DNA of 40,979 bases, taken from a virus (taxonomy: Duplodnaviria; Heunggongvirae; Uroviricota; Caudoviricetes). Location of the stretch: IMG/VR virus record IMGVR_UViG_2675903468_000003, positions 1 to 40,979 of that record. The stretch is one strand, 5' to 3'. Position numbers and translations under genes: made by a program. The notes under the pieces were generated by a model. That model did not search any database. It worked only from the letters and a program-made list of their open reading frames with translations, and had not been told where the DNA came from. This document shows, piece after piece, positions 10,654 to 22,436 of the stretch (within the stretch, counting starts at the first letter, position 1; every line of letters starts with the position of its first letter).

Positions 10654-12071
10654 TACTCAATCCTTATCTGGCAGCCTGACAGAGTGACAGGTGACTTCGT
10701 GATAACGCGCAATTTGAAGCCGACATTTTTCCTGATGCGCCCGACTCGCTTCCACAAAACACGTTTGTCATAAACGAACGGTTCATTCTGCTCAATCATC
10801 TGCTCACGCCCGTAATTGATGCCGTCAGTGGTTGCAGAGAGAAAAAGGCGGTCGGCGTACTGAGCAACGCCAGTTGAAGATTCAACTTCAAGGTCGAAAA
10901 CTCTGGCGTTATCCGCTTTGAACAACGGAGTAAACAGCAGGTGTTCCTGTTGCTTGTCGTACTGGCTGCTGATGTCGAATTGCAATTTCCCGGTCACGGA
11001 CTCCAGCTTATCGCCGCACGTTATCTGATTGCCTTCGTAAATGAAGTCGATAGCGCGGTACACATCGTCATACAGACCTGTTTTCAGCACACACCATTGT
11101 GGGCCATTGGCGCTTGAAGATGCGTCGTACACGAGGACGTGACGCGGAAGGTGGATAATCAGCAACTCATGAGCATCAAATCGCAGCGATTCCATCACAC
11201 CATCAGCCAGTTCATCAGCAGTGTAGGTGCGAAGAATTTTCTCAATGCTCGCGCTGGCGATTGGTGATACCTGACCTGATCCGATGATGTATACAGACGG
11301 CGCACCTGTTGCCGGATTGCTGATGAACGCATACGAGTCAGCAAACGGCGTTTTGCAGTAGGTTCCGGCAATGCCTTTCTGCACCATCAGTGATGGCTGG
11401 GCGACATACAAAGCAGCACCAACGGTGGTTGCACCAGTCAGGGAGAAATATTCAATCGTCGATGAACCAAAGCAGACTATGAAGTCTCGCCATGTACCTA
11501 TGCCGATGATGCCGTCAGGCTGCGACTCTGCACGATATTGTGCGCTGTATCGGTCAGGATGCGATTCGTCTTCAAGGTCAGTGATAAACCATGAATCAGT
11601 TCCGTCTTTTGACCACGCATAACGCCCACGTAAGCGCGTAATGTCGCGAACAGAACCTAACTCATACTGAGTAAATCCACTGTCTGCAGGCCAGTTTGAG
11701 ACGGTTTTAACCGTGCCATCATAGCGATACTCGACCAGTTGACCATTAACGCCTACCGCCTGTGATGTCCGACCATGCGCCATTGATACGCGACCACTTC
11801 CGGCAACATCACCGACCTCACTTTCGCCCTTATACAACTTGCTACCACACACTCGATAAACAGCACTCTGCGCCATGTTGTACTCGACGCCGCGCGATAT
11901 ACCGTTCACATCAGAACGTTTGGCAATGCCCGGGAATGAGCGAAGATATCCGCTGCTGTCCAGGATTTCTTTGGGTGTAGCCAGCATATTCACTGGCAGA
12001 TAGTCGATATAGTCGGCGTTTCGAAAGTCTTTGCCGACACCTTTCATAAGCGGAAGTTGCTGAATCGGCAT
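10653..12071 (-). CDS. Tail hub protein, P22 gp10-like
   Basis: 472 aa, syntenic between the gp4-like and gp26-like genes. Confidence 0.8.
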   Translation of the reverse strand: MPIQQLPLMKGVGKDFRNADYIDYLPVNMLATPKEILDSSGYLRSFPGIAKRSDVNGISRGVEYNMAQSAVYRVCGSKLYKGESEVGDVAGSGRVSMAHGRTSQAVGVNGQLVEYRYDGTVKTVSNWPADSGFTQYELGSVRDITRLRGRYAWSKDGTDSWFITDLEDESHPDRYSAQYRAESQPDGIIGIGTWRDFIVCFGSSTIEYFSLTGATTVGAALYVAQPSLMVQKGIAGTYCKTPFADSYAFISNPATGAPSVYIIGSGQVSPIASASIEKILRTYTADELADGVMESLRFDAHELLIIHLPRHVLVYDASSSANGPQWCVLKTGLYDDVYRAIDFIYEGNQITCGDKLESVTGKLQFDISSQYDKQQEHLLFTPLFKADNARVFDLEVESSTGVAQYADRLFLSATTDGINYGREQMIEQNEPFVYDKRVLWKRVGRIRKNVGFKLRVITKSPVTLSGCQIRIE

Positions 12072-12571
12072 TATTCGCTCCCGTTATCGCAAGGTTCCTT
12101 TCGGTGGAAGTAATTCCAACCGTTCCACTTCGCCAACTTGTTACCGCTACCAACAGGCATACGGTTTGGATAACCGGACTTACATTTAGCGGCTTTTGCT
12201 CTGTCCATTGCAGGCAGTTTGACGAGTCGCTCTTTCCCGTATCTGGCAGTGGTTATAAGTTTTGCAGACGCTTCCAGCGCATAATCCGGAGCAATGCGGC
12301 AGGCGAGGTTGAAAATGACGGCATTGATAGCGTTATTTGATAAACCGTGCTCATCGCCCGGATCCGGAGCGACATCTGCATCAGCAAAAATGTAGCCAAC
12401 GTTGATACCAGGTGACGCATCACCGCCAAGCCATTCAGCCATCATCATTTCAAGGTCGTTGACGCCGTCTTCCATAGACTGCGGTTCGACATCGGTTAAC
12501 GTGGCATTTGATGCCACACCGAGCTTACGTAATGCCGCAAGAACCAAATCACCCTTCGTTGTCAGGTTCAT
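12071..12571 (-). CDS. Tail adaptor protein, P22 gp4-like
   Basis: [43 protein letters not shown] and [14 protein letters not shown] resemble P22 gp4. Start trimmed to MNLTTKGD. Confidence 0.85.
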   Translation of the reverse strand: MNLTTKGDLVLAALRKLGVASNATLTDVEPQSMEDGVNDLEMMMAEWLGGDASPGINVGYIFADADVAPDPGDEHGLSNNAINAVIFNLACRIAPDYALEASAKLITTARYGKERLVKLPAMDRAKAAKCKSGYPNRMPVGSGNKLAKWNGWNYFHRKEPCDNGSE

Positions 12572-13136
12572 CTGCTGCCGCCTTAGGTTTTCTATCAGGC
12601 TTTTTACGCTGTTTTTCTTCTGGCTCTGCAATGGCCGGACGCAAACTCAGGAGTCGCCCAAGAACATCATTTGCTTCATGACCATCCCACTCTTTCCCGA
12701 ACTCAAGCTCAGTACCTTCAGGAAGGAACTCGATTTCTTCAACAGGTAGGTGATAAGTGATTTCGCCTTCTGGAGTGGTGATACCAGCAATGATCCAGCC
12801 ATCCCACTCTTCACCGTCACTGTGTTTGCGAGACCACCACGAAAGCTCAGCGTAAGCATGCATCAGCGATGAGAAGAGGCGCACTCGGTGAGCGTAAAGC
12901 TCGTTAAAAGTGTGATAACCGTCGGACACTTCGCCCATATCAACTGGGGAAGTTTCACCTCCGCCAACACTCCCAATTTGATCACCAACAAGAGGATCAT
13001 CAGGAACATCGTCAGGGTGCTTATACCAGCCATTTGCTAAGTGCACAGCTACATCATCAGGATCAACGGTTTTCGTTTTCAGCTTGCGCCCCCAGATTTT
13101 GGTATCTCCGCCAGCCTGAAAAATCATTACGCTCAT
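12549..13136 (-). CDS. Acidic hypothetical protein between coat and adaptor genes
   Basis: 196 aa from internal Met [10 protein letters not shown], preceded by GGAGA RBS-like sequence. Not part of the canonical P22 5-4 junction as I recall it. Short overlap with the gp4-like start. Confidence 0.55.
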   Translation of the reverse strand: MSVMIFQAGGDTKIWGRKLKTKTVDPDDVAVHLANGWYKHPDDVPDDPLVGDQIGSVGGGETSPVDMGEVSDGYHTFNELYAHRVRLFSSLMHAYAELSWWSRKHSDGEEWDGWIIAGITTPEGEITYHLPVEEIEFLPEGTELEFGKEWDGHEANDVLGRLLSLRPAIAEPEEKQRKKPDRKPKAAADEPDNEG

Positions 13137-13144
13137 TGGTATCT

Positions 13145-13172
13145 CCAATAGAAAAGGGAGCCGAAGCTCCCT
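13145..13172 (-). terminator. Intrinsic terminator-like hairpin after the coat gene
   Basis: GGGAGCTTCGGCTCCC followed by TTTTCTATT on the minus strand, directly after the coat stop codon. Confidence 0.5.
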
Positions 13173-13179
13173 CTGGTTA

Positions 13180-14475
13180 TCACGCGGTCTGGTTAGGCAG
13201 ACCAACACCAATTGCCTCTGGTCGTACAGCACATGCTGAATACCACACAGCAATACGGCACTTACCAGACAGAGTGTTGATATCACCCTGCGTTGCGAAG
13301 ATGCCGTTAACACCAATACCAGGAATGCTGAAGGAGGACGTTTTCATGCCAGCAAACAGTTCATGGGTTACCGGGATCGGCTGAGACAGCAGACGGATTG
13401 AGTCATCAGCCCAGAACACGTTAGCGGTGGTTGTTGCCACGTTCAGAACGTTTACCGGAGTGGTATCAGCAAGAGAGGTGTTTACGTTAGCGTAAGCCTT
13501 CTCTTCTTTTGTCAGTGACGCGTCATCCAGCGCAATCGGCTTCGGCGTGATTTCGATGCGAGTACCATCGATCACACGGGTGATTGAGAAAGTAGCATCA
13601 TCAGTCAGCACGTTCTTCGCCATCTGAGACAGGAATTTCACACCAGTGAAACTGATTTTGTCGCCGCGCTTAAACCCGGTGGTGGAGGATACGGTCACCG
13701 TTGCAACACGGTTGTCGACGTTCTCTTTGTTACCATCGGTATCAAGGGTGTATGCCTGCGGCTTAAACTTCTGCGCACCAGAAACAGTTACACCAGTAGC
13801 GGTTGACTTGGTAACTGCCGGAAGTTTCGGTGAGCGAAGAATTTCATCAAAGCCAGCAATCTGACGCTGAATAGTACCGTTGCGATACGTTTCTTCAGGA
13901 ACGCGCCCGAAGATGTCACCATCTACCAGGTTGCGGCCTGCTTTGCGGTAATCGTCAGGGTTCAGGAAGTAACTGATGCCCATATCGCGGTTTAGCTCAC
14001 GGGAGAACATCAGGCGCTCTGCATCAGACACAAAATCCCAGCCAGACAGGCCAGTAGATGGACCAATTGCGCGGGTATCGTGAACAACAAGCGAGCCCAT
14101 TTCAGTTGCCTGTTTGGCAATTGCTGACTCAATGTTATTCGCCAGTTTTTTGGCGGATGCCTGGATGCGGCGACGGTAAGAACGCTCATCACGCAGGTCA
14201 TCTGCACGAAGCTCGAAGAAATCGTTATCCGGATCGCCCATGTTGCATTTCACGGAGAGTTCCAGAATCCCGGTAGCGTTGCCAGTTAAATCCCAGCCAG
14301 TCTGAGTTGGCGCTTCCTGCTCAACAGGCATCCACACGGTGTTGCTTGAACGCTGCATGGATTCTGCCGGAGGGGTGTATTTTGTCACTTTGGACGCCAT
14401 TGGCGTCAGATTCTGGACGGTTTCGATGATTTCATCCAGAGCATACGTGACCAGTTGACCTTCATTTAATGCCAT
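13180..14475 (-). CDS. Major capsid (coat) protein, P22 gp5-like
   Basis: 431 aa with [20 protein letters not shown]...[20 protein letters not shown]...[14 protein letters not shown], strongly resembling P22 coat. Confidence 0.9.
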   Translation of the reverse strand: MALNEGQLVTYALDEIIETVQNLTPMASKVTKYTPPAESMQRSSNTVWMPVEQEAPTQTGWDLTGNATGILELSVKCNMGDPDNDFFELRADDLRDERSYRRRIQASAKKLANNIESAIAKQATEMGSLVVHDTRAIGPSTGLSGWDFVSDAERLMFSRELNRDMGISYFLNPDDYRKAGRNLVDGDIFGRVPEETYRNGTIQRQIAGFDEILRSPKLPAVTKSTATGVTVSGAQKFKPQAYTLDTDGNKENVDNRVATVTVSSTTGFKRGDKISFTGVKFLSQMAKNVLTDDATFSITRVIDGTRIEITPKPIALDDASLTKEEKAYANVNTSLADTTPVNVLNVATTTANVFWADDSIRLLSQPIPVTHELFAGMKTSSFSIPGIGVNGIFATQGDINTLSGKCRIAVWYSACAVRPEAIGVGLPNQTA

Positions 14476-15386
14476 TATCGAATTCCTTTATTCAGTTGCG
14501 CCTTGAGCTTGCGGTACGTCTCTACATCCCCTTTGTTTGCTGCCGCTTCCATCTGCTTTTCAATCGCAGAGATATTTGCAGCAACAGCGTGTCCCTGAAT
14601 GGGTTCATCAGGTAACGGGGCTTCTGAAACAGACTTGGCTCGAGGCTTGAGAGTTAAACGTTCTGACAGTCGAGTGAGTTCAATCAGCGCGGATTGCCCG
14701 TCCATCGCCAGTAACTGGCGTGTTTTCTCAGGATTAGCACCAAGGTGATACATGAGAGCAGCGGATTTCTCCGGGAAGAGGCGCATGATGTCGGCACCGA
14801 CTGCTGGCGGAACCAGTTGCATGAATGCATCCTCTTTCTCCTGATAGTCAGGGATATTGAGCTTTTCCGCTGCGTCGTAGTGCTTACGGGCTGCCTCGAC
14901 GTATTGCGCTGATTGCTGGGTGAACTCCTGAGTTTTGCGACCCTGCTCGGCGACAGCCTGGCTTCGTGCGTCCATAGCCTTGATCTGCCATTCACTGTTT
15001 GCTTGCTGGAAGGCAGCCAGTGCGCGGCTCTGGTCATAGTCGTACTTAGCCAGTGCATCTTCGGAAAGATAATCGTTAGGGTCTGGTTGTTTTGGTAACT
15101 CAGGGTTCACCCGCAGGTGCTCCGGCAACTCTCCACGCTTAACCGCTTCCATCTGCTGCTCAAGCTCACGCTGGCGTTTGCGTTCGATGCGGCGACGGGC
15201 AAATTCAGCATTAGTTGCCGGGTCTTGTTTTGGTTTCTCATCGTCTTTCAGGACAATCTCGAAGCCTTCTTCCTGACCTGCGTTGTCGTTGGCATTATCG
15301 ACAACTAAGCCATCAGCAGATGCCGCTGCATGATTGCCGGGCAGGGTTAATTCTTCAGAAGCCTGAATGTCGGTGGTTTGGTCCAT
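14475..15386 (-). CDS. Scaffolding protein, P22 gp8-like
   Basis: 303 aa, charged and helical, between portal and coat. Confidence 0.85.
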   Translation of the reverse strand: MDQTTDIQASEELTLPGNHAAASADGLVVDNANDNAGQEEGFEIVLKDDEKPKQDPATNAEFARRRIERKRQRELEQQMEAVKRGELPEHLRVNPELPKQPDPNDYLSEDALAKYDYDQSRALAAFQQANSEWQIKAMDARSQAVAEQGRKTQEFTQQSAQYVEAARKHYDAAEKLNIPDYQEKEDAFMQLVPPAVGADIMRLFPEKSAALMYHLGANPEKTRQLLAMDGQSALIELTRLSERLTLKPRAKSVSEAPLPDEPIQGHAVAANISAIEKQMEAAANKGDVETYRKLKAQLNKGIR

Positions 15387-15399
15387 GATTAACTCTCTC

Positions 15400-17568
15400 T
15401 TATTGAGGTGTCTCGGCTACTCCGCCGGAGGGGATTTGAACTTGACGCATAAGATTCGCGAAATCCATGCGTTGTGAATGAGTCTGGTCTGCATCTTTAA
15501 GAAGCAGCTCAGCGTTAGCGCGAGCATCTTTGCTGCGCTGTTGCTGGAATTGACCTACGAGCTTGAGGTACTCACGCAGTTCTGCCTGCTTGTCGAGGTC
15601 CATATTGTTGAAGATTTCTGCAATCTTCGCGGCGTTGAGTTGGTTTTGAGCTTCAACCTTGGCAGCTTCAACCTGAATCTGCGCCTGTTGGTTCTCTGCC
15701 TTGAGCAATTCAGCCTGACCTTGCAGAAGGATACCCTGCGCCTGAATTTGCTCTGCTGATGGCTGCTGCGGCTGCTGTTGCGCCTGTTGCACCATCTCCA
15801 TCTCTTCAGGTGTTTCTGGTTTCTTCAGACCCATCATCACCAGTTGCTTGTTCGCGTACTCTCGCATCATCTCGACGCCTTTACCGTCAAGCAGCGTGAA
15901 GTATTGCAGCATCAGCATCTGGAACTCTGGAGTACCTTGCGGAACCTTAGTGAGCAATTCCTGAATCTCTGCGCGGTTCTGTTCCTTCATGCTCTGGAAG
16001 GATGGCCCAACGTCTGTATAGCACTCATAGCGACCGCGAATGTCGTTGAGTGTGACCACATTACCGGACTGGTAATCTACAACTTGCGCGTAGAGTTGAA
16101 CGTCTTTCTCGCTTCCATCTTCAAGTGTCAGCGTTACATGACGAGGAACGTCATAAATATCGTTGACCATTGAGGCATAAATCTCGCCATCACGTCGCAT
16201 TGCGGTAGCCAGGTTATCCTGAAACACGTATGTCTCAAGATCTGCCCGCATGTTCAGTTGATTGACGGTATCGAAAGCGACCTGAGAGTTTGCCGCCTGC
16301 GCATCCACGCCAAGACTAGCCACCTCTTTCACTGCGTTGGTGGCAGCCTCAAGCATGTAAGCGTTGGCTTGCGGCACTTCAGGGTTTTCCATGTAGGAGA
16401 TTGGACCAATCGGCAGGTCGTTACCGTTTTCATCGGTCCTGTTCTGCAGATAGTACGGATAGTCATCATTTCCACCGTACATGTATTCGTAGCCTTCGAT
16501 TTGCTCAGGGAAGAAGGTCGGTTTCTTCTTCGGTGAACGGGCAACGATATCGGCGTTGAACGACATGATCATGTTACGAAGGCGTTGACCGTCTTTCGTC
16601 AGCCTTACCACTCCTTCGTAGCACTCCTTGTCACCAGCGAATGACCATTCGCCATACACTGGAACGATTGGAATATGCTCTCCGGCTATCTTCTCGCGGT
16701 CTTTCAGTATCTGCGTGCAGGTGATGATCGACTTATACACACGCCGACGCTTCACCTTGCGCTCTGCTACCTTAATGAATCCACGATTAGCCAGGTCGTC
16801 GATGACGTCTTTGATATCCTGCTGGTAATAGCTGACCGGCTCACCTGTCAGCGGGTCGCGGTAGATGAAGACCTTCTCCTTCTTCTCTTCTACCTCGTAA
16901 TACTCAGCGACGTAGACGACATCATTCGACACCCACGGGAATAGCCATGTATCGTTAGGATTCTGGAAAGATGGCAAGGTATCCGGGTCAATACCGTAAT
17001 CCTCTGCGAACTCTTTCCAGCCATTGCGCGACAAGGCGTTAATCACCGTGCAATGCTTAGCGTCGCTCTTATCCATCTGCTTGCTGTTGGCGTCCCATAT
17101 AACGTGTGAGCAAGCTTCATGGATTGGCAGGCGTCGGATTACCTGATTGTTGCTTGTTGGGTCGTTGTCTTCGTACTGCGTGACCAGACGCCATGCACCA
17201 ACGCCGGACTCTATCTGCTCACGAACGCCAACGTTAACGGCAATTTTTGCCGTGTTATGGCGCATATCAGTACGATACATCCCCATCAGCACATCGGCAG
17301 CATCAGGATTAGCTCCGTCTTTTGGTCTGAATAGAACGTCGATAGGGTTCCGGCGCATCTCTGCGACCAGCTTCCTGACCACCGGGCGAACAACATCGAA
17401 TTGTCCGCGATATTGCAGGGTGGTGTAGTTTGATAGCCAGTCATCCCATTGGCTTATGCGACTGAAGTATAAATCGTTAGAAGCTTCTGTTCTCGCCTCG
17501 TCGGAAGACATCCAATCAACATCGAATGCTTGCAGTATCTTATTTAATCGCTCTGCGTTGTCAGTCAT
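15400..17568 (-). CDS. Portal protein, P22 gp1-like
   Basis: 722 aa; [46 protein letters not shown] and later blocks resemble the P22 portal. Confidence 0.9.
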   Translation of the reverse strand: MTDNAERLNKILQAFDVDWMSSDEARTEASNDLYFSRISQWDDWLSNYTTLQYRGQFDVVRPVVRKLVAEMRRNPIDVLFRPKDGANPDAADVLMGMYRTDMRHNTAKIAVNVGVREQIESGVGAWRLVTQYEDNDPTSNNQVIRRLPIHEACSHVIWDANSKQMDKSDAKHCTVINALSRNGWKEFAEDYGIDPDTLPSFQNPNDTWLFPWVSNDVVYVAEYYEVEEKKEKVFIYRDPLTGEPVSYYQQDIKDVIDDLANRGFIKVAERKVKRRRVYKSIITCTQILKDREKIAGEHIPIVPVYGEWSFAGDKECYEGVVRLTKDGQRLRNMIMSFNADIVARSPKKKPTFFPEQIEGYEYMYGGNDDYPYYLQNRTDENGNDLPIGPISYMENPEVPQANAYMLEAATNAVKEVASLGVDAQAANSQVAFDTVNQLNMRADLETYVFQDNLATAMRRDGEIYASMVNDIYDVPRHVTLTLEDGSEKDVQLYAQVVDYQSGNVVTLNDIRGRYECYTDVGPSFQSMKEQNRAEIQELLTKVPQGTPEFQMLMLQYFTLLDGKGVEMMREYANKQLVMMGLKKPETPEEMEMVQQAQQQPQQPSAEQIQAQGILLQGQAELLKAENQQAQIQVEAAKVEAQNQLNAAKIAEIFNNMDLDKQAELREYLKLVGQFQQQRSKDARANAELLLKDADQTHSQRMDFANLMRQVQIPSGGVAETPQ

Positions 17569-17618
17569 AACTTTACCGTGATAAAATCAATGGGACAACT
17601 TCAACAGGAGATTCTATT

Positions 17619-18119
17619 GTGAGCCATCCATCTATAGAAGATATAAGGAAAAATTTCACATACGATGCTGAAACCGGAATTTTGTACGCGGCTAATCGCA
17701 CAAGGAGGACAGACCTTAACGGCAAGCCAGTTGGGTGCCAGCATGGAAACGGATACCTTGATGTAAGGCTTGGTAAAAAACTGTACTACGTGCACAGAAT
17801 TTGTTTTGCGCACTACTATGGTTACTGGCCCGAAGCAGTAGATCACATAAACGGAAACCGTGCTGATAACCGCATCTGTAATCTTAGAGATGCCAATAAG
17901 CAGTTGAACGGACTAAACCGTGGCATGGATTGCGACAATTCAACTGGATACAAAGGAGTTTCCTATCGCAAGGACACAAATAACTACATGTGGCAATTTG
18001 TGGTAGAAGGCAAGAAATACACAAAAAGCGGATTCGCTACAGCATTAGATGCATACAAGCATAAAGTAGCATTTATTAACGCTCTGAATTCCGCTGCCTC
18101 TGAATTTCTCAAGCCGTAA
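17619..18119 (+). CDS. HNH endonuclease with AP2-like DNA-binding domain (free-standing, homing-type)
   Basis: HNH motif VDHINGNRADNRICNLRDAN and GYKGVSYRKDTNNYMWQFVVEGKKYTKSGFATALDAYKHKV. GTG start with AGGAG about 9 nt upstream. Opposite strand to the flanking portal and terminase genes. Confidence 0.8.
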   Translation: MSHPSIEDIRKNFTYDAETGILYAANRTRRTDLNGKPVGCQHGNGYLDVRLGKKLYYVHRICFAHYYGYWPEAVDHINGNRADNRICNLRDANKQLNGLNRGMDCDNSTGYKGVSYRKDTNNYMWQFVVEGKKYTKSGFATALDAYKHKVAFINALNSAASEFLKP

Positions 18120-18128
18120 CAACAGTAT

Positions 18129-19631
18129 CTATCTTGTTGACCGTGCGATGGGCCTGATTGGGGCTGGTATCTTTTTCTCTTTTGGTTTTTTGATGTCGCG
18201 CATCATTTTGGCGAAGCGGCGCATCATGTATGCATAGCGAACGGCTGATAGCACGTCGTCGTTAAGCTTGACGATCTTCCCGTTTTCATCACGGTGATAG
18301 AGGCGAAACTCCTCAAAGAATGGCTCACAGGTGTTGAATACTTTGAAGCGACCATCGAGCATCATGTCGCGCAATTCAGTGATGCCAGGCTCCACCGCGT
18401 TACCGCCATCAGGCCATGTCGCATGCTCCTGCAACATCATAAAACCAGCATCTGCATACTGCCCTTTGAGCTGCTCACCGCCGCCCTTCTCGTGCTGGTT
18501 TCCGTCATGAGGCCATGCTGTTGGCACTTTATGCGCCCATGATTTAACAGCTCCCCATGCCTGAACGGCTGTTTTTTCTTTCGCCTTCCACACGCGTGAA
18601 ACGTAGATTGTGTCTGCGTCCTTATCCCACCAAAGCTGAACCTGCGCCTGCGGGTGATCCCATCCGAAATCCATACCGCCAATTACGTAGAAGTGATCAG
18701 GACACTCGAACGGCTGACACTTAATCGTCTCTTCCGGTATCTGGAAGATTCGACCACTACCCATCGTAGGAATACCGCGAGCTCGAGCCTCTCTCTCATG
18801 CTCTGGATAGGATGCGATGATTTGCTCTTTCTGCTCGTCGGTATAGTGCTCAGCGTCATAGATGGTCATGTTGACCACTTTCTGCGACTTGCTGGGATTC
18901 TTCAGGAACTTGGTAACAACGTCAGACATCCCCATCAGCGGGGTAAACGTCAGGATTGAGAATTGCCCGTATTTGTTGGTACGGGTAAGCCCTTCGCCAT
19001 AAATGCTGTATGGTGGTTCTTCGTCAAACCACACTCCGTGGATTGTGTCACCCTGCCAGCGAGCACGACCTTGCGAGTATGGCTTGAAGTAGCAGATTGA
19101 AATGCCATCTTCAACGCCATCAGCCGTGTGATGCTTAACCAGAAGGTGATCAACAAGGTTCGGAAAGAAAGGAGACTTCTTCCAGCTAATGATGTCCTCT
19201 TTCGGTATGGAGCCGTAGCCAGGCTCATCATTCTCTTCGATACGACCGCACAGGATGCGTTGAGTCGTTTTGGTTACAGTCTCGTTTGTCTCTCCACCAA
19301 TCCAGAAGACAACAGGCTCATAGAAACGCTTACCTTTCCACTCCCCGCCATATTTACCATCAGCCGGATAGCCTTTTGTTCCCGGGTAACGCCCGGTAAG
19401 GTGAAACGCGACTTCAGCAGCACCAGTAAATGACTTACCAAGCTGGTTACCAGCCATAAAACATCGCTCTGGATAGTCATGTCCGGCGTCGATGAACTCA
19501 CGCTGTTTGCTGTATGGCGTAAATTCATATAGCAGGTGTGTGTTCCGGTAGTTCTCTTCTTCTTCGAGTAGTTCGAGCAATTCGATTTGCTCTTCGTCGC
19601 TCAGGTTATCAAGAATCGCGTCCAGTTCCAC
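18129..19631 (-). CDS. Terminase large subunit, P22 gp2-like
   Basis: 500 aa; [37 protein letters not shown] matches the P22 TerL N-terminus. Confidence 0.9.
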   Translation of the reverse strand: MELDAILDNLSDEEQIELLELLEEEENYRNTHLLYEFTPYSKQREFIDAGHDYPERCFMAGNQLGKSFTGAAEVAFHLTGRYPGTKGYPADGKYGGEWKGKRFYEPVVFWIGGETNETVTKTTQRILCGRIEENDEPGYGSIPKEDIISWKKSPFFPNLVDHLLVKHHTADGVEDGISICYFKPYSQGRARWQGDTIHGVWFDEEPPYSIYGEGLTRTNKYGQFSILTFTPLMGMSDVVTKFLKNPSKSQKVVNMTIYDAEHYTDEQKEQIIASYPEHEREARARGIPTMGSGRIFQIPEETIKCQPFECPDHFYVIGGMDFGWDHPQAQVQLWWDKDADTIYVSRVWKAKEKTAVQAWGAVKSWAHKVPTAWPHDGNQHEKGGGEQLKGQYADAGFMMLQEHATWPDGGNAVEPGITELRDMMLDGRFKVFNTCEPFFEEFRLYHRDENGKIVKLNDDVLSAVRYAYMMRRFAKMMRDIKKPKEKKIPAPIRPIARSTR

Positions 19632-20097
19632 GGTTGAATAGCTCCTTGATACGAGAGCGCCGCTTATCGCGATCTCCCTTATCAGGTGTCACGTCTTCAA
19701 CTTGCGACTGCTCTTTGAGGCCCAAATCACGGGCGATGATGTTAGCGTTGAGAAGGTCAGCGGCTGCGCCAGAGAATTTCTGGTCGTAGATGACCTGCTC
19801 TGCTCGCGTAACGACTTCAGATAAATCTTCTCGCAGGCGATATGTGCGCCATGTTTCAAGAGTCACATCAATGAACAGAGTGAGGCCTGTAATGGTCATC
19901 GCTCGCATCTTGGCGATAGGTTCTTGTATCACTTCACCCTGATACGAGAACGCCTTCATCTCCCATAGCGGGTTAGCTTCCACCCACTCGAAGTATTCAC
20001 AACAAGCAGCCCACAGCGCCTCAGGCGATTCGAATTTAGGATTTCGCCCATGACTACTGCGGGCCTCCCAAAATCGGTTGCCCTTTGGTGCTGCCAT
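19609..20097 (-). CDS. Terminase small subunit, P22 gp3-like
   Basis: [38 protein letters not shown]... matches P22 gp3. Start trimmed to MAAPKG. Contains the pac sequence. Confidence 0.9.
   Translation of the reverse strand: MAAPKGNRFWEARSSHGRNPKFESPEALWAACCEYFEWVEANPLWEMKAFSYQGEVIQEPIAKMRAMTITGLTLFIDVTLETWRTYRLREDLSEVVTRAEQVIYDQKFSGAAADLLNANIIARDLGLKEQSQVEDVTPDKGDRDKRRSRIKELFNRGTGRDS
19803..19830 (-). other. pac site (headful packaging initiation), P22-type
   Basis: Minus strand reads GAAGATTTATCTGAAGTCGTTACGCGAG, the P22 pac sequence as I recall it, at codons about 92-101 of the small-terminase gene. Confidence 0.6.
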
Positions 20098-20120
20098 ATT
20101 CATCTCACTTAGTTGTTATT

Positions 20121-20300
20121 TCAGGTTAAGGACTCTTTCGCGCTTTCAATCAGTGACTGCTTCAGCAATTCGAGTGTGCCAATCGCCTCGCATAAACTGA
20201 TTTCACCATCGTAATCATGGATGACGCTTTCCAGCCTCTCGTATAGCTCTTGAGTAATTGGGAGTTTCTTCTCCTTACCAAGATCAACGACGCTTGTCAT
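20121..20300 (-). CDS. Small hypothetical protein (59 aa)
   Basis: Self-derived ORF MTSVVDLGKEKKLPITQELYERLES... just upstream of the small-terminase gene; weak AGGA RBS. Below the track's length cutoff. Confidence 0.3.
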   Translation of the reverse strand: MTSVVDLGKEKKLPITQELYERLESVIHDYDGEISLCEAIGTLELLKQSLIESAKESLT

Positions 20301-20309
20301 AGAGGATTC

Positions 20310-20597
20310 CTATAATTTTGAATATCCAGACTCAAATACCTCAGCAGGAGAATATGATTCATATCCATCCTCATAGACAACGTAATAGCCTCCAGACATT
20401 GGTCGGTGCTTACAGATATATTCCGCGCTAACATCAAATGCTGCGTATTTCTTATCATCCGGATGAATAATTGCCCCATAACTAGAAGAGCCAGTCTTAC
20501 CAGACTGATCTGGGTTTGGCTTATGTTCTATAGAGCCAATCTTCAGGGCGCGAACTTTTTTGTGGCACTGGTATCTCGGCATTTCTTGTTCAGTCAT
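20310..20597 (-). CDS. Hypothetical protein (95 aa)
   Basis: Track ORF in operon-like series with neighbours; no recognised domain. Confidence 0.5.
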   Translation of the reverse strand: MTEQEMPRYQCHKKVRALKIGSIEHKPNPDQSGKTGSSSYGAIIHPDDKKYAAFDVSAEYICKHRPMSGGYYVVYEDGYESYSPAEVFESGYSKL

Positions 20598-20600
20598 CTC

Positions 20601-20843
20601 TTACACTCCGGTAGTGAACAGGTCTAACGCTTCCTTCGATTTACGCACCGCTTCAAATGTGCGGATCGTGATATCTGAATTAGCGCCGCCTGACTGGAAG
20701 TGAATTTTGAATAGCTCAAGCTTCAGCTCGTCAGTACCAATGAACTGAAATGCTTCCTCTGCGGCTGCGTTCTGGTTCATGACCAGTTTGTAAATCTCTA
20801 ACTGGAATTTCTGTTCTTCAGTCATGGGAATAATCTCTGCCAT
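20601..20843 (-). CDS. Hypothetical protein (80 aa)
   Basis: Track ORF with ACGGAG RBS-like sequence upstream; no recognised domain. Confidence 0.5.
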   Translation of the reverse strand: MAEIIPMTEEQKFQLEIYKLVMNQNAAAEEAFQFIGTDELKLELFKIHFQSGGANSDITIRTFEAVRKSKEALDLFTTGV

Positions 20844-20949
20844 TGTTGGCTCCGTTTATCCGTTAAAAGGGATATCAGTTAAGTTATCCCGTGTAGGGTA
20901 TAAGCCATTATCAAAGCCACTATGTAGGGAATGGCTTTTGTGATGGCAA

Positions 20950-20976
20950 TAAAAAAGGCCGCCTGAGCGACCTTTC
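20950..20976 (-). terminator. Intrinsic terminator-like hairpin downstream of the small DUF551 gene
   Basis: Minus strand GGTCGCTCAGGCGGCC (with a G-U pair) followed by TTTTTTATT. Confidence 0.4.
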
Positions 20977-20990
20977 ATTTTTCATCCGTT

Positions 20991-21206
20991 TTAATCATCT
21001 GGGTAATTAAGAGGCATCCAGTGTGTAACCTTGCTTGCTCCTGAATCGATGAATGCCTTGGTTCTCTGCCAGTAAGAGCCCATACATGATAGTTTGAACA
21101 CGTCACCAGTATCAGTAAGAGCTATAACCTCTTTAGACCACATCCCTTCTTTGCTTTCTGGTAGCCGGTGTTCAACATTGACCCATTGGTTTCCGTTATC
21201 ATCCAT
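20991..21206 (-). CDS. DUF551-like small protein
   Basis: Ends ...SGASKVTHWMPLNYPDD, the characteristic DUF551 C-terminal motif. GAGG RBS before the ATG; start trimmed from the track's GTG. Confidence 0.55.
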   Translation of the reverse strand: MDDNGNQWVNVEHRLPESKEGMWSKEVIALTDTGDVFKLSCMGSYWQRTKAFIDSGASKVTHWMPLNYPDD

Positions 21207-21476
21207 CACAACCTCGTCTAGTTGTTCGCCATAGATTCAGTGGCAGGCGGTGACGAGTCCGCTTTTCGGGTGCTACCCTAGCCACTGCTTGATTCTATCC
21301 GATGTCTTTCCATCAGTCCGCCACCACAAAGAATCTTTTTTGCCATAAGGCTGGAGGTTCATCTTTCAGTGGCTGCCAGTGTTATTTCCCCACTTACTGG
21401 CTTGGGTTGTTTCGCTGTACTGCCGTAACTGGTGGCGCACAGATTTAGTTAAATCCGTTCTCGCCTGAACTATCTT

Positions 21477-21626
21477 TTACATAACCTGCTCGATTTTCCT
21501 GAGAACATCACCGTGTCGCTTGCCGAAGTACTTGGCAATTTTTCTGGATGTGGTAACGACCTCTCCGTTTTTGGCTTGCACCATTTCTCGGAAGTCGAAG
21601 GCTGGAATAACTGAATGATTATTCAT
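21477..21626 (-). pseudogene. Rha-family regulator N-terminal fragment (truncated)
   Basis: MNNHSVIPAFDFREMVQAKNGEVVTTSRKIAKYFGKRHGDVLRKIEQVM then a stop. The motif matches the N-terminal region of phage Rha proteins, but the roughly 200 aa that normally follow are missing. Confidence 0.45.
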
Positions 21627-21768
21627 AGCGTCTTTACCTTTTAGAAAGTGAGCCTGTCTCACAGAAAAGCCGCCCGAGAGAGGTCGCCACCTATAACGGC
21701 ATTTCTCAGGCTCGCTTACTGAAAGGCTCTCGTTAATATGCGCGTGAGATGCGCTGTGAAATTCAGAT

Positions 21769-21795
21769 ATAAAAAGCCCCGCGAATGCGAGGCTA
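21769..21795 (-). terminator. Intrinsic terminator-like hairpin downstream of Rz
   Basis: Minus strand CCTCGCATTCGCGGGG followed by CTTTTTAT. Confidence 0.4.
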
Positions 21796-21968
21796 AATCC
21801 TGGTATTTGTAATGAACTGGCTCTTATCTCAACGCAGCCCCTTACTGCGCGCCAGATACTCAATATCAAGCATCAGCAATGAGATGTTTAATCTGGATTT
21901 ACTCCAGAAGTGATCACCACCCTGTCTACAGAGCCAGATGTGAAGGATGATGAGTAAAATTATCGCTA

Positions 21969-22436
21969 TCATCGAAGGCATTGCGTCCTAATGTATTCCT
22001 GAAGCGTTCTCAGTGCTGTTTGGTCGCGGATAATTCCGTCCCGGATACCGAGAACGTTTCGTCCAGCAACTGGAGAGAGTTCGACGGTGGCATCATTGCC
22101 CATGCCGGAGGCGCTGGAGGTTTCGTCTGAGGATGGCACAGGGCATTTTCCTTTGACGAGCACCCTGCCACCATTATCAAGCTTGCGCCGAAGAGCATCA
22201 TTTTCAGCTTTCGCATCAGCTAACTCCTTCGTGTATTTAGCATCGAGTGCATCAGCATCGCGCTGGCGCTGCTGAATGTCAGTAATGGTGGCGGTCGCCT
22301 GCTTCAGCTCACTGACTTTTTTATCACGCTGTTCTTTGTAGGCGATGGCATTATCACGGTAATGATTAACAGCCCATGACAGGCAGACGATGATGCAGAT
22401 AACCAGAGCGGAGATAATCGCGGTTACTCTGCTCAT
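21969..22436 (-). CDS. Rz: Rz i-spanin
   Basis: [31 protein letters not shown]...[14 protein letters not shown] closely matches lambda Rz. Confidence 0.9.
   Translation of the reverse strand: MSRVTAIISALVICIIVCLSWAVNHYRDNAIAYKEQRDKKVSELKQATATITDIQQRQRDADALDAKYTKELADAKAENDALRRKLDNGGRVLVKGKCPVPSSDETSSASGMGNDATVELSPVAGRNVLGIRDGIIRDQTALRTLQEYIRTQCLR
22010..22216 (-). CDS. Rz1: Rz1 o-spanin lipoprotein, embedded in the +1 frame of Rz
   Basis: [22 protein letters not shown]... lipobox followed by proline-rich PPAPPAW, entirely within Rz. Exact start uncertain. Confidence 0.7.
   Translation of the reverse strand: MRKLKMMLFGASLIMVAGCSSKENALCHPQTKPPAPPAWAMMPPSNSLQLLDETFSVSGTELSATKQH

Noticed and set aside
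12647-12859. 70-aa minus-strand ORF
   Set aside because: It is nested out of frame inside the 196-aa ORF at 12549-13136.
15478-16536. Plus-strand ORFs of 93, 131 and 92 aa
   Set aside because: They lie antisense within the portal gene and have no translation signals.
20940-20990. Possible IS element or transposase anywhere in the window
   Set aside because: No transposase-like ORF or terminal inverted repeats were found. The HNH gene is a homing-type endonuclease, not an insertion sequence.
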